NCBI GenBank assembly: GCA_040754375.1 | Contig: JBFMCT010000011.1 | Span: 1,384 to 65,383, forward strand | Direction of reading: 5' to 3' | Length of the DNA: 64,000 nt | DNA from: Actinomycetota bacterium | Lineage (GTDB): Bacteria; Actinomycetota; Acidimicrobiia; Acidimicrobiales; AC-14 | Position numbers and translations under genes: made by a program | Notes under the pieces: model-generated | Database searches by the model: none | Told to the model about the DNA's origin: nothing | Seen by the model: only the letters and a program-made list of their open reading frames with translations | In this document: positions 43,027 to 52,529 of the stretch, one piece after another | Layout: each line of letters starts with the position of its first letter | Numbering within the stretch: position 1 is the first letter of the stretch

Positions 43027-44433
43027 ATGCCCCAGAGCGTTTTGACCCCCCAGTCCGAGAGCTTCCCCCAGTGGTACCAGGATGTCGTGGCCAAGGCCGA
43101 GCTGGCCGACAACGGGCCGGTGCGCGGCACGATGGTCATCCGGCCCTACGGCTACGCCATCTGGGAGCGCATGCAGCGCGAGCTCGACGACCGCATCAAG
43201 GCCGCAGGCGCCCGCAACGCCTACTTCCCGCTGTTCATCCCCGAGTCCTACCTGCGCAAGGAGGCCCAGCACGTCGAGGGGTTCAGCCCCGAGCTGGCCG
43301 TGGTCACCCACGGGGGGGGCCGGGAGCTGGAGGAGCCCGTCGTGGTCCGGCCCACCAGCGAGACGATCATCAACGTGTTCTTCGCCAAGTGGGTCCAGAG
43401 CCACCGCGACCTGCCCCTGCTGATCAACCAGTGGGCCAACGTGGTGCGCTGGGAGCTGCGGCCCCGGGTCTTCCTGCGCACCACCGAGTTCCTGTGGCAG
43501 GAGGGCCACACGGCCCACGCCACCCAGGACGACGCCCGCCGCTACGCGGTGCGCATCCTGGGGGAGGTCTACGAGGACTTCGCGGTCAACGTGCTCGGCA
43601 TCCCCGTGGTCGTGGGCCGCAAGACCGAGCAGGAGCGGTTCGCGGGGGCCGACGCCACGTACACCATCGAGGGCATGATGGGCGACGGCAAGGCCCTGCA
43701 GATGGGCACGAGCCACGAGCTGGGGCAGAACTTCTCCCGGGCCTTCGGCATCGACTTCCAGGACGAGAGCGGCCACAGCGAGTTCGCCTGGCAGACCTCG
43801 TGGGGGGTCTCCACCCGGCTGGTGGGGGCGCTGATCATGGCCCACGGCGACGACGCCGGCCTGCGCCTACCCCCCCGGCTGGCCCCCGTCCAGGTCGTCG
43901 TCCTGCTGGTGCGGGGCGAGGACGGGGCGGGCGAGAAGGCGGCCGCCCTGGCCGCCGAACTGTCGGCCGCCGGCCTGCGGGTCGAGCTCGACGACCGGCT
44001 GGGCACCTCGTTCGGGCGGCGGGCCGTCGACTGGGAGCTGAAGGGCGTCCCCGTGCGCGTCGAGGTCGGCCCCCGAGACCTGGCCACCGGCCACGTGACC
44101 GTGGTCCGTCGCGACAGCCAGTCCAAGCAGCAGGTCGGCCTCGACGGGCTGGCCGCGCTGGTCTCGTCCACCCTCGGCGAGGTGCAGGCCGCCCTCCACG
44201 ACCAGGCCCTGGCCCGGCGCCAGGCCGCCACGGCCGACGTGGCCACCGTGGCCGAAGCCGTGGAGGCCTCCCAGAGCGGGTTCGCCCGCCTGCCGTGGGA
44301 CACCGCCCGGGCCGCCGAAGGCGAGCTCAATGCGGCCGCCGTGTCGGTCCGCTGCCTGCAACGGCCCGACGGGAGCCTGCCCGGTTCGTCGGCCGAGGAC
44401 GGCTTGGTGGCCACCGTGGCCAAGGCCTACTGA
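43027..44433 (+). CDS. proS: proline--tRNA ligase (short, archaeal/eukaryote-like type)
   Basis: 468 aa. ..GTMVIRPYGYAIWE.., FPLFIP, RPTSET, RTTEFLWQEGHTAH, GTSHELGQNFS. Confidence 0.92.
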   Translation: MPQSVLTPQSESFPQWYQDVVAKAELADNGPVRGTMVIRPYGYAIWERMQRELDDRIKAAGARNAYFPLFIPESYLRKEAQHVEGFSPELAVVTHGGGRELEEPVVVRPTSETIINVFFAKWVQSHRDLPLLINQWANVVRWELRPRVFLRTTEFLWQEGHTAHATQDDARRYAVRILGEVYEDFAVNVLGIPVVVGRKTEQERFAGADATYTIEGMMGDGKALQMGTSHELGQNFSRAFGIDFQDESGHSEFAWQTSWGVSTRLVGALIMAHGDDAGLRLPPRLAPVQVVVLLVRGEDGAGEKAAALAAELSAAGLRVELDDRLGTSFGRRAVDWELKGVPVRVEVGPRDLATGHVTVVRRDSQSKQQVGLDGLAALVSSTLGEVQAALHDQALARRQAATADVATVAEAVEASQSGFARLPWDTARAAEGELNAAAVSVRCLQRPDGSLPGSSAEDGLVATVAKAY

Positions 44434-44470
44434 ACCAGCCGGCACCGCCCGCCGGCCCACGATGGTTCAG
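44430..44470. terminator. compound hairpin between convergent proS and the CHAT gene
   Basis: CTGAACCA (44430-37) / TGGTTCAG (44463-70) with inner GCCGGC (44438-43) / GCCGGC (44451-56). Both stop codons lie inside the outer arms. Confidence 0.4.
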
Positions 44471-47187
44471 GCGCCGTAGCAGACGAACGACGACGCCGAC
44501 GCCCTGGCCCTGATGTCGGAGGGATCGGTGAGCGACTGGGCCTGGGCCAGCGCCTCGGCAGGGGCCATGCCCGAGGCCAGCAGCCGGTGGAAGTCGACCA
44601 TGAGACGGCGGGTCTCGTCGTCGCCGACCAGCAGGACGCTGGCCACCACGGTGGACGTGCCCAGGGCGAACAGGGCCGACGACAGGCCCAGGAGCTCGTT
44701 GCCGGGCCGTACGGCGGCCATGCCCGCGTTGCACGACGAGAGGACGACCCGGCGGGGCGCGGCCTCCAACCGCTCCAGCTCGTACACCGTCAGCGGGCCG
44801 TCGGCCAGGCGGAGCGACGAGAAGAGCGGGTTGTCGTCGCGGAAGGACCCGTGGGCGATCACGTGGGCCAGCTCGGCGCCGTCGAGGGCCGAGGCCACGG
44901 CCCGAGCGGTGGCCCGGGGGCCCGACAGAACAGTGGCGCCTGGGTAGACCCGGTTGAGCTCCTCGATCTCCTCGCCGGCATGGGCCACGTTGGGACCGGC
45001 CACGACGACCGTCGTGCCCCCGGTGCGGTACGGGGAGGTGGCCGCCCGCAGCCAGACGGCAGCCGACGGGGCCACGGACACCGGCCGGTCCCGGCAGGAC
45101 GGCAGCGCCCGCCAGGGCAGCAGGTGGAGGGGGCCGGTCGGCACCACCACCAGGGCGCGGTCGCCGATGACGGCCCGCACCGGCCCGAGCAGGATGTCGT
45201 CGAGCTGGGCCGCGCTCCGGGAGAACGCCTGCTCCATGACTGCCCCCGAGCCCCTGGCGCCCCGAGCCGACACCAGCCGGTCGAGGCTGAACCGCAGGGA
45301 ATCCACCTCCCGGCCGATCAAGGTCACCGGCCCCACGGACCACAGGCGGCAGGCACCGTCGCGGACTGTGACGGCGTGCAGGAGGCCGTCGCCCTCGACG
45401 TACTCCACCAGGACGGCCGGGCCCAGAGCGGCCGCCAGCCGGCCGGCCGGCACCAGGCGCGGACCGGGGGCCTGGAAGCCACCCGTTTGCCACGTCGAGC
45501 GGCGCACGGCCGTTTCGAGAGCCGCCTTCTCGTGCAGCAGGTCGCCCGGTCCCTCCCCGTCGAACAGCGACTTCTCGACGTTGGCGTTGATGGCCCGCAG
45601 CTCGGCCAGTCGGGACGCCAGTTCCACGTCCGCCGGTGGCCGCACGGGGGTCAGTTGCACGGTGGCCGCCCGCCCCCGTTCGGCCCAGGCCAGGACTCGG
45701 GTGGCCTCATGCCCGGCCAGAGCGATCCTCACGCCCAGCCCCGCCAGGTCCGACGCCATGGCCCCGGCGTTCACCCGCAGCTCGGTGGCCCCGAGGGTGG
45801 CCCGGTAGGCGTCGACAGCCCGCAGCCCGGCCCGCAGGGCGCTCTCGGCGCCCGGCCCGTCACCCTTGCCCCAGCGCAGCAGAGCTTCGGCGTGCCACGC
45901 CTGCGCCCGCACCTCGGCGGGAGCCCGGCGCCGGTGGCGGGCCTCCTCCCGCAACTGGCACTCCGCTACCGGGAGATCGCCCCGCTCCAGCGCGGTACGG
46001 GCGGCCAGGACCCGAGCGTGCGAGGCCGCTGCCGTCCACCGCGCCCGCCTCAGGTCGGCGGCGATGGACTGGGCGGCCACCATGGTGGCCTCGGTGCAGT
46101 CGCTCTTGGCCCATCGCACCCGCAACCAGGCGTACCGGGCCAGGACCTCCCAGGCTGGACGGTTCTGGTGGGCGAAGGCGGCCCGAGCCATCTCGGCCAG
46201 CGCTTCCGCCTGGTCGAGGTCGCCCGCCGCGATCTCCACCTCGGCCAGCAACAGGCGGACCTCGGCCAGGTCGGTCTCCATGCCCGCCACCTCGAGCTGG
46301 GCCATGGCCTGGCGGCCCACCTGGCGGGCCTCGACGATCAGATGGGCCCGCAACAAGGTCTCGCAGTAGTCGCGCAGCGCCCCGGGGTGGGAGACCCCCT
46401 GGCGGGCCAGCGATCGGGACGCGCCCTCGAAGGCCCTCAGTGCGGCCGGGATGTCGCCCTGGCGGGCGGCCACGAAGCCGAGGTTGTGGTCCACCTCGGC
46501 CGCCTGGACAGGCTCGCCCAGCTCGCGCCACAAGCGGGCCGCCTGCGTGAGGTCGGTGGTGGCCGCCTCGAACCGCCGGGCGTAGGCGTGCAGCAGCCCT
46601 CGGTTGTTGAGCACCCGGGCCTCCCCCGGGCGGTTGCCGTCGCGCCGCATGGCGGCCAGGCCCCGCCGGTAAGCATCGAGGGCATCGTCCGCCCGGCCCA
46701 GGCGCTGCAGGACCAGCGCCCGCTGGCACTCGGCCCGGGCCAGGCGCGTGCCCGAGGACGCCGTCTCGACCCGCTCGAGCTCGGCCAATGCCTCCTCGAG
46801 GCGGCCCGAGCGGGCCAGGACGAGGGCCAAGTCGATGGTGACGTCGCCCGCCCGAGCGGCCAGATCGGCGGTACTGGCCAGCTCACGCGCCTCCCGTAGC
46901 CACCGTTCGGCGGCCACCAGGTCCTGGCCTTCGACCGACGCCCGCCCCACGGCCAGGTGGGCGATCACGGCCGTCTCGGCGTCCCCTTCGAGGGGCGCCC
47001 ACGGTTCCTCACGCAGGGGGCACACCAGCGACAGAACTGATGCCGGCTCGGTCGCGGCCCGTGACAGGGCCCGTTCGGCCTCCCCGCGCAGACCTGTGCC
47101 ATGAGGGCCGGGCGGACGCCGGCGGTGGCTGGCTCCACCGGTAGTGCCCGCCTCTTCGCTCACGCCCGGTTCAGGTGGCGAGCTCAC
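44467..47187 (-). CDS. TPR-repeat protein with C-terminal CHAT (caspase-like) domain
   Basis: 906 aa. Long TPR-like helical N-terminal part. C-terminal ..ELAHVIAHGSF.. (His) and ..VVLSSCNAG.. (Cys) give the CHAT catalytic dyad pattern. Confidence 0.85.
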   Translation of the reverse strand: MSSPPEPGVSEEAGTTGGASHRRRPPGPHGTGLRGEAERALSRAATEPASVLSLVCPLREEPWAPLEGDAETAVIAHLAVGRASVEGQDLVAAERWLREARELASTADLAARAGDVTIDLALVLARSGRLEEALAELERVETASSGTRLARAECQRALVLQRLGRADDALDAYRRGLAAMRRDGNRPGEARVLNNRGLLHAYARRFEAATTDLTQAARLWRELGEPVQAAEVDHNLGFVAARQGDIPAALRAFEGASRSLARQGVSHPGALRDYCETLLRAHLIVEARQVGRQAMAQLEVAGMETDLAEVRLLLAEVEIAAGDLDQAEALAEMARAAFAHQNRPAWEVLARYAWLRVRWAKSDCTEATMVAAQSIAADLRRARWTAAASHARVLAARTALERGDLPVAECQLREEARHRRRAPAEVRAQAWHAEALLRWGKGDGPGAESALRAGLRAVDAYRATLGATELRVNAGAMASDLAGLGVRIALAGHEATRVLAWAERGRAATVQLTPVRPPADVELASRLAELRAINANVEKSLFDGEGPGDLLHEKAALETAVRRSTWQTGGFQAPGPRLVPAGRLAAALGPAVLVEYVEGDGLLHAVTVRDGACRLWSVGPVTLIGREVDSLRFSLDRLVSARGARGSGAVMEQAFSRSAAQLDDILLGPVRAVIGDRALVVVPTGPLHLLPWRALPSCRDRPVSVAPSAAVWLRAATSPYRTGGTTVVVAGPNVAHAGEEIEELNRVYPGATVLSGPRATARAVASALDGAELAHVIAHGSFRDDNPLFSSLRLADGPLTVYELERLEAAPRRVVLSSCNAGMAAVRPGNELLGLSSALFALGTSTVVASVLLVGDDETRRLMVDFHRLLASGMAPAEALAQAQSLTDPSDIRARASASSFVCYGA

Positions 47188-47332
47188 CCGTGGCCCGATC
47201 CCCGGCCCGGCCGGCGCGGCCTATGGTGCCGGCCGCGCCCCGGGGCTCGGTTCGCCCGAGGAGAGGCGACATCAGTGCGGGGCCCGTACCCGCGGGCGGA
47301 CGACCGCCAGGCAGGGCATAAGCATTGGGCCG

Positions 47333-47794
47333 CTACAGGGCTACCCAGTCGGTGACGGCCAGGACCTCGTCGCTGCCGAGCGGGCGGCACCGGAGGCTCA
47401 CCGGGCCGCGCGGGACGGATTCGGCGAAGAAGCGGCCGTGCGCGTCGACGTCCAACCGGAACGACCCGTCGCGGTGGCGGACCTCGACCGATCCGGGCAC
47501 GGGCGGCACGAGCTGGCCCACCACCCGGCGGTTCGTGAGGTCGTCCACGACGGCCATCTCGACGGCCACGCTCCCACCCTCGAAGCTCAGGTGACGGGCG
47601 CCCTGGGCACTGCGCACGCCGACCTGCTCGTCGAGCACCGAGTCGTAGACCAGCTCGGCCAGCTCGGCGTCGAAGGTGCGCCGCCCGAGGCAGGACCGCA
47701 GCGACTGGAGCACGTCATAGGGCACCGGGTCAGCCGCCGTGACGACCCGCACCAGGTTGTCGGGCATCCACTGGTCGTCAGCAGCCAGGTTCAC
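47333..47794 (-). CDS. hypothetical protein (153 aa), coupled to the ECF sigma gene
   Basis: ATG overlaps the sigma-factor stop (47791-47794). No TM helix and no zinc anti-sigma motif. The C-terminal half (GSVEVRHRDGSFRLDVDAHGRFFAESVPRGPVSL) resembles a carboxypeptidase-regulatory-like beta-sandwich. Confidence 0.55.
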   Translation of the reverse strand: MNLAADDQWMPDNLVRVVTAADPVPYDVLQSLRSCLGRRTFDAELAELVYDSVLDEQVGVRSAQGARHLSFEGGSVAVEMAVVDDLTNRRVVGQLVPPVPGSVEVRHRDGSFRLDVDAHGRFFAESVPRGPVSLRCRPLGSDEVLAVTDWVAL

Positions 47795-48396
47795 GAGCTC
47801 GCCCCTCTCATAGACCCAGCCCGATCTTCCAGGTACCGCTTCAGCACCGGTTCGGCCCGCAGCTTATCCAGGCAGCGCCCCCTCGTCGGCCCGATGCTGC
47901 CGATCGGTACCCCGAGGCTCTCGCCGATCTGCTCGTAGCTGAACCCGGGTTCGGTCGTGAGCATCAGCAGGAGGACCCGGCAGTTGTAGGGCAGCGACTG
48001 GAACGCCTGCCACAGGGCCTGATCACGCTCCTCGGTGAGCAGGGCCCGGTCCACCTCGCCGCCCTCGGACGGGCGCCGGATGTCGACCATGGGGTCGAAG
48101 GGAACGTCACGGCGGGCCCGGCGGGCCAGGCGCAGCGACTCGTTGCGGGCCGTGACCGCCAACCACGCCCCGATGCGCTCGGGGTCACGGAGCTTCACCA
48201 GGTGCTCGGCCAGGCGCAGCCACGTCGTCTGCATGACGTCGTCGGCGTCAGCCACCGACAGCCCATGGCTGCGGGCGATGGCCCAGATGAGCCGGGCGTA
48301 TTTCTCCACCAGCTCGTCCCATGCCGCGGTGTCCCCATCGGCGGCCGCCTTGACGAGGGCCGTGACGGTCACGATGTGGCCCCGTTGGTCGAGCAA
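47791..48396 (-). CDS. ECF-type RNA polymerase sigma-70 family factor
   Basis: 201 aa. Region 2 (..AWDELVEKYARLIWAIAR..DADDVMQTTWLRL) and region 4 HTH (..FSYEQIGESLGVPIGSIGPTRGRCLDKLR). Confidence 0.85.
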   Translation of the reverse strand: MLDQRGHIVTVTALVKAAADGDTAAWDELVEKYARLIWAIARSHGLSVADADDVMQTTWLRLAEHLVKLRDPERIGAWLAVTARNESLRLARRARRDVPFDPMVDIRRPSEGGEVDRALLTEERDQALWQAFQSLPYNCRVLLLMLTTEPGFSYEQIGESLGVPIGSIGPTRGRCLDKLRAEPVLKRYLEDRAGSMRGASS

Positions 48397-48410
48397 CTGG
48401 CACGTATCAG

Positions 48411-48435
48411 GGAACGGGCTCCGGTCTCTGATGTC
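48411..48435 (+). promoter_or_regulatory. candidate ECF-type promoter (GGAAC-N17-GTC) pointing away from the sigma gene
   Basis: GGAAC at 48411-15, 17-nt spacer, GTCGG from 48433. Lies in the 84-bp gap between the sigma start and the small ORF at 48481. Confidence 0.25.
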
Positions 48436-48480
48436 GGACTAGTACAACCGGGCTGGGCCTCAGATGAAGGAACGGAGCAC

Positions 48481-48591
48481 ATGCAGCCTCTTCGGAAGAT
48501 CCGCCGGCGGGCCATTGGTATGGTGACGAGCATCGGTGTGCTCGCGGGTGTGTGGGTGGCAGCGGGAGCCCCCATCTACCAGGGCTTCTGA
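48481..48591 (+). CDS. possible 36-aa membrane peptide
   Basis: ATG preceded by gaaggaacggag. MQPLRKIRRRAIGMVTSIGVLAGVWVAAGAPIYQGF has a basic N-terminus plus one TM helix. Confidence 0.3.
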   Translation: MQPLRKIRRRAIGMVTSIGVLAGVWVAAGAPIYQGF

Positions 48592-48723
48592 CACTCCGGT
48601 AGGCACGGGTAGGCGGGCCGCGGGCGGCGGTAAGACCGGCCGTATCATCGCGGCCACGTCGACTACGACTCCCACCCCAGGTCCCACCCCTGGTCGCATG
48701 CCTGGCCGCCCTCCCCCATTCCA

Positions 48724-49341
48724 GTGATGATAGTCGCGCCGGTACTCCTGGGGGTGGTCATCGGCTGGGCGCGCCGGGGCCGGCTCGGCGGTCTCGGGTC
48801 GCTCAGGTTGCGGGCCCCCTTGCTCGTGTTCGCGGCCGTGGGTGCCCAGCTGGCGCTGGGCCGCCTTCCGGCGACGTGGCGCTGGCCGGTCGTGCTCGGC
48901 ACCTACGCGGCGGTCGGCCTGTGGGTCGGCCTCAACGTGCGGGGACGGTCGGCGGCCGTGAGGGCCGGACTGGGGCTCGTCGCCCTCGGCTGGGCCATGA
49001 ACCTGGCCGCCATGGCCCCTTATGGGGGCATGCCTGTGTCGGTGTCGGCGCTGAGGGCCGCGGGCTTCGACGCTGACCATGACGTGACCGGCGGTCACCT
49101 CTACAAGCATGTAGTGGCCGACGACGGCGACGTCCTCGCTCGGGCCCTCGGCGACTCGGTCCCCGTCCCCCCGTTGCGGGCCGTGATCAGCAGTGGCGAC
49201 ATCGTGCTGGCCGCGGGGATCGCCACCGTGATCGCCGGGGCCATGGGCCGGCGCCCGCCGGTGGGCCACCCGGGCCCTACTGGCCGGCACCCACCAACGA
49301 GCGCCAGTCCCCCAGCCGGGCACGCGCCTCGGCCGGGGTGA
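48724..49341 (+). CDS. DUF5317-like integral membrane protein
   Basis: 205 aa, several TM helices, ..NLAAMAPYGGMPV.. and ..SSGDIVLAAG.. as I recall for DUF5317. The 3' 65 nt overlap the convergent CDS 49277..49798. Confidence 0.55.
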   Translation: MMIVAPVLLGVVIGWARRGRLGGLGSLRLRAPLLVFAAVGAQLALGRLPATWRWPVVLGTYAAVGLWVGLNVRGRSAAVRAGLGLVALGWAMNLAAMAPYGGMPVSVSALRAAGFDADHDVTGGHLYKHVVADDGDVLARALGDSVPVPPLRAVISSGDIVLAAGIATVIAGAMGRRPPVGHPGPTGRHPPTSASPPAGHAPRPG

Positions 49342-49798
49342 CCCGCAGGGTGCCGGCCGGCACCCGGTCGGCGATGGCCCGCCGCTCCCAGTAGTCGTGG
49401 GACGCCCCCCGGAAGGCCTTGGCCCGCCAGTCCACCAGGTCGGGGGGCAGGCTGTCGGGGTCGTCGAGGAAGCCGAACATGCCGAAGGCCAGCTCGAGGT
49501 CGTGGTTCACCGGTGCCCGCCCGAACATCGAGGCCCGCCGCAGGGCCACGGCCATCACCCCGTCCACCACGTCGGACCGGTGCTCCCCGGGGGCCAGGCG
49601 CAGCCTGTCCTCGAACTGCGACACCAGCACGAGCACGTAACCCTGATCGGGCCCGGGCCGGCCCAGACGCTGACCGGTGGGCTGGCCCCCCACCAGGTCG
49701 GCGGGGCGGCTGGCCGTCCACCGCCCGGGGGGCGGCAGGGCCAGCGACGAGCGCGGCTTGTCGGCCGTGGTGGGCGGGACGTAGTCAGGCGCCGACAT
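49277..49798 (-). CDS. hypothetical protein (173 aa)
   Basis: ORF with ordinary amino-acid composition (..GYVLVLVSQFEDRLRL.., ..LELAFGMFGFLDDPD..). No family recognised. Confidence 0.55.
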   Translation of the reverse strand: MSAPDYVPPTTADKPRSSLALPPPGRWTASRPADLVGGQPTGQRLGRPGPDQGYVLVLVSQFEDRLRLAPGEHRSDVVDGVMAVALRRASMFGRAPVNHDLELAFGMFGFLDDPDSLPPDLVDWRAKAFRGASHDYWERRAIADRVPAGTLRVTPAEARARLGDWRSLVGAGQ

Positions 49799-49849
49799 CG
49801 CCTCTTTGTAGCCCCTGGGACGGCCGGGCGCCAGGGCCGCCGACCGGCG

Positions 49850-50770
49850 TCAGGCCCGGACGAGCTCCAGCCAGTCCTTGTAGCGGTCGACCTCGCCCCG
49901 CACGGTGGAGAAGTAGACCTCCTGGATGGCCCGGGTGATGGGGCCGGGGTCGCCGATCTCGCGGTCGTCGACCGACCGGATGGGCACCACCTCGGCCGCC
50001 GTCCCGGTGAGGAAGGCCTCCTCGGCGAGATAGAGGTCGGTCCGCAGCAGGTTGGCCTCCACGACCTCGTAGCCCAGGTCCTGGGCGATCGTGACCACCG
50101 AGGCCTGGGTGATGCCCTCGAGGGCGCCCGCGGCCGAGGGCGTCTTCACCAGCCTCCCGTTCTTCACGATGAGAAGGTTCTCGCCGGTGCACTCGCTCAC
50201 GTACCCCTGGGGCGACAGCAGGATGGCCTCGTCGTAGCCCCCCTTGAGGGCCTCGACCTTGGCCATGGACGAGTTCACGTACATACCCGTGCCCTTGGCC
50301 GCCACCGGCATGGCGTTGGGGTCGTGGCGGGTCCAGGTGGAGATCTTGGTGCGCACGCCCCGGCGGATGCCCTCCTCGCCCAGGTAGGTACCCCACGGCC
50401 ACACCGCGATCGACACATTGACGGGGCAGGGCATGGGGTTGAGGCCCATCTCGCCGTAGCCCAAGTAGACGATCGGGCGGATGTAACAGGCGTCGAGCCC
50501 GTTGACCCGCACGGTCTCTTTGACGCCCTCGATGATCCGCTCGGGCGTGAACGGGATGTCGATCAGGTAGACCTTGGCGCTGTTGAACAGCCGGTTGACG
50601 TGGTCGGTGAGGCGGAACACGGCCGGGCCCTGGCTGGTGGCGTAGGCCCGGATGCCCTCGAACACGCCGCTGCCGTAGTGGAGCGAGTGGGTGAGGATGT
50701 GGACGCGGGCCTCCTCCCACGGCACCATCTCCCCGTCCATCCAGATCTTGTCGACGGTCTGGATCGGCAT
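49850..50770 (-). CDS. ilvE: branched-chain amino acid aminotransferase
   Basis: 306 aa. IWMDGEMVPWEEA, HSLHYGSGVFEGIRAY, AKG.G.Y.NS, ECTGEN, EGITQ, TGTAAEV. Confidence 0.92.
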   Translation of the reverse strand: MPIQTVDKIWMDGEMVPWEEARVHILTHSLHYGSGVFEGIRAYATSQGPAVFRLTDHVNRLFNSAKVYLIDIPFTPERIIEGVKETVRVNGLDACYIRPIVYLGYGEMGLNPMPCPVNVSIAVWPWGTYLGEEGIRRGVRTKISTWTRHDPNAMPVAAKGTGMYVNSSMAKVEALKGGYDEAILLSPQGYVSECTGENLLIVKNGRLVKTPSAAGALEGITQASVVTIAQDLGYEVVEANLLRTDLYLAEEAFLTGTAAEVVPIRSVDDREIGDPGPITRAIQEVYFSTVRGEVDRYKDWLELVRA

Positions 50771-50773
50771 GGC

Positions 50774-51778
50774 CTAGGGCTCCTTCGTGTTCATGTCTGC
50801 GACGCGCTCTGCGAGGGCATCGCCGATCTCGGTGGTGGTGGCGCCGGGCGACGGCAGCGCCTCCGAACAAGCAGCGGCGACCCGGGCGGCTGCGCCCGTC
50901 TCACCCAGGAAGTCCAGCATCATCGCCGCCGAACGTACGGCGGCGACGGGGTTGGCCTTGCCCGTGCCCACGATATCGGGGGCCGACCCGTGGACGGGCT
51001 CGAACATCGACGGGCCCGTCCGGCGAGGGTTGAGGTTGGCCGACGCCGCCTGGCCGATCCCTCCGGTCACGGCCCCGGCCAAGTCGGTGAGGATGTCGCC
51101 GAACAGGTTGTCGGTCACGATCACGTCGTAGCGGGCTGGGTCTTCCACGAGATGGACGCAGGCGGCGTCGACGTGGTTGTAGGCGGTGGTGACCTCGGGG
51201 TGCTCGGCCGCCACCTCGTCGAACGTGCGCTGCCACAGGTCCCCGGCGAAGGCCAGCACGTTGGTCTTGTGGACCAGCGTGAGGTGGCGCCGGGGCCGCG
51301 ACCCGGCCAGCTCGAAGGCGAACCGCATGCACCGCTCGACGCCCATCCGGGTGTTCACCGAGCCCTGGGTGGCCACCTCGTGCGGGGTGCCCCGGCGCAG
51401 GACGCCGCCTTCGCCCGCGTAGCTCCCCTCGGTGTTCTCCCGCACGACGGTGAAGTCGAGGCCGCCGCCGTGGAACGGGCGCAGGTTGACGTAGAGGTCG
51501 AGCTCGAACCGCAGCCTCAGCAGCAGGCCCCGCTCGATGACGCCGGGCGCTACCTCGGGCGTCCCCACCGCCCCCAGCAGGATGGCATCGAGGCCCCGTA
51601 GCTCGTCGAGCACGGCGTCGGGCAGGATGTCCCCGGTGCGCAGGTAGCGGGCCCCGCCCAGGTCGTAGTCCTCCATGACGAGGTCTACTCCAGCGGCGCG
51701 CACGACCTTGAGCGCCTCGGCCACGACCTCGGGGCCGATCCCGTCGCCCCCGATGACCCCGATCCTGTGCCCCAACAC
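50774..51778 (-). CDS. leuB: 3-isopropylmalate dehydrogenase
   Basis: 334 aa. [54 protein letters not shown]. Confidence 0.93.
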   Translation of the reverse strand: MLGHRIGVIGGDGIGPEVVAEALKVVRAAGVDLVMEDYDLGGARYLRTGDILPDAVLDELRGLDAILLGAVGTPEVAPGVIERGLLLRLRFELDLYVNLRPFHGGGLDFTVVRENTEGSYAGEGGVLRRGTPHEVATQGSVNTRMGVERCMRFAFELAGSRPRRHLTLVHKTNVLAFAGDLWQRTFDEVAAEHPEVTTAYNHVDAACVHLVEDPARYDVIVTDNLFGDILTDLAGAVTGGIGQAASANLNPRRTGPSMFEPVHGSAPDIVGTGKANPVAAVRSAAMMLDFLGETGAAARVAAACSEALPSPGATTTEIGDALAERVADMNTKEP

Positions 51779-51962
51779 GTCCTCTCAAATGCGAAACCGC
51801 CCACCATCGGTGGACGGTCGTGGACGCACTCGCCCGGCGGGTGCCGGCGGGTGCGCTACGGAATTACGATGGTGCCGAAAGGCCTCACAGCGACCTCCAG
51901 TGTCCGTGACCGGCCCCTGCTCCGTCAACCCACTTGCCACCAGATGGGGGAAGCGTTCACCC

Positions 51963-52439
51963 ATGGCCAATCAACAGACCAGCCTTTCCCGCACGGCCTA
52001 CGACCGGCTGCGCACCGAGCTGACCGACCTCGAGACCCGGGGCCGGGTCGACATCGCCCGCATCATCGAGCGCGCCCGCGAGCTCGGCGACCTGTCCGAG
52101 AACGCCGACTACCACGCGGCCAAGGAGGACCAGGGCCGCATGGAGGCCCGCATCCGCCAGCTCCAGTCCATCTTGGACAAGGCCGTAGTCCTCGACGACG
52201 AGGCCGCGGCCGACGCCAGCACGGTCGTCCCGGGGGCGGTGGTGACCCTGCGCTACGAGGGTGACGACGAGACTGAGCGCTACCTCATCGGCTCCATCGA
52301 GGAGCGCCGCGACGACGTGGGGGTCATCTCCCCGGCATCGCCCCTCGGCCAAGCCCTGCTCGGCAAGTCGACGGGCACCACCGTCGCCTACGAGGCCCCC
52401 AGCGGCACCATGCGTGTGGACATCGTCGCCATCGGCTGA
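51963..52439 (+). CDS. greA: transcription elongation factor GreA
   Basis: ATG at 51963. 158 aa. ..GDLSENADYHAAKEDQG..EARI.QL.. coiled-coil domain plus a C-terminal FKBP-like domain. Confidence 0.9.
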   Translation: MANQQTSLSRTAYDRLRTELTDLETRGRVDIARIIERARELGDLSENADYHAAKEDQGRMEARIRQLQSILDKAVVLDDEAAADASTVVPGAVVTLRYEGDDETERYLIGSIEERRDDVGVISPASPLGQALLGKSTGTTVAYEAPSGTMRVDIVAIG

Positions 52440-52453
52440 GGCCCAACCCCACG

Positions 52454-52504
52454 AAACCCGCGCGGGAATCGTGGGCGTTTCGCCCACGATTCCCGCGCGG
52501 GTTT
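52454..52504. terminator. perfect 24-bp-stem hairpin between convergent greA and the Kelch gene (bidirectional terminator candidate)
   Basis: AAACCCGCGCGGGAATCGTGGGCG (52454-77), ttt loop, CGCCCACGATTCCCGCGCGGGTTT (52481-504). A/T tracts sit at the stem base on both strands. Confidence 0.6.
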
Positions 52505-52529
52505 GCCGGTCGCGGGGGGTCGCGGGGGT

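Noticed and set aside
48592-48723. A possible riboswitch or ncRNA in the 132-nt gap before the DUF5317-like gene (GGTAGGC direct repeat, CCAGG/CCTGG hairpin)
   Set aside because: I could not match it to any riboswitch consensus I know. The structures are short and GC-driven, so evidence is insufficient to call a feature.
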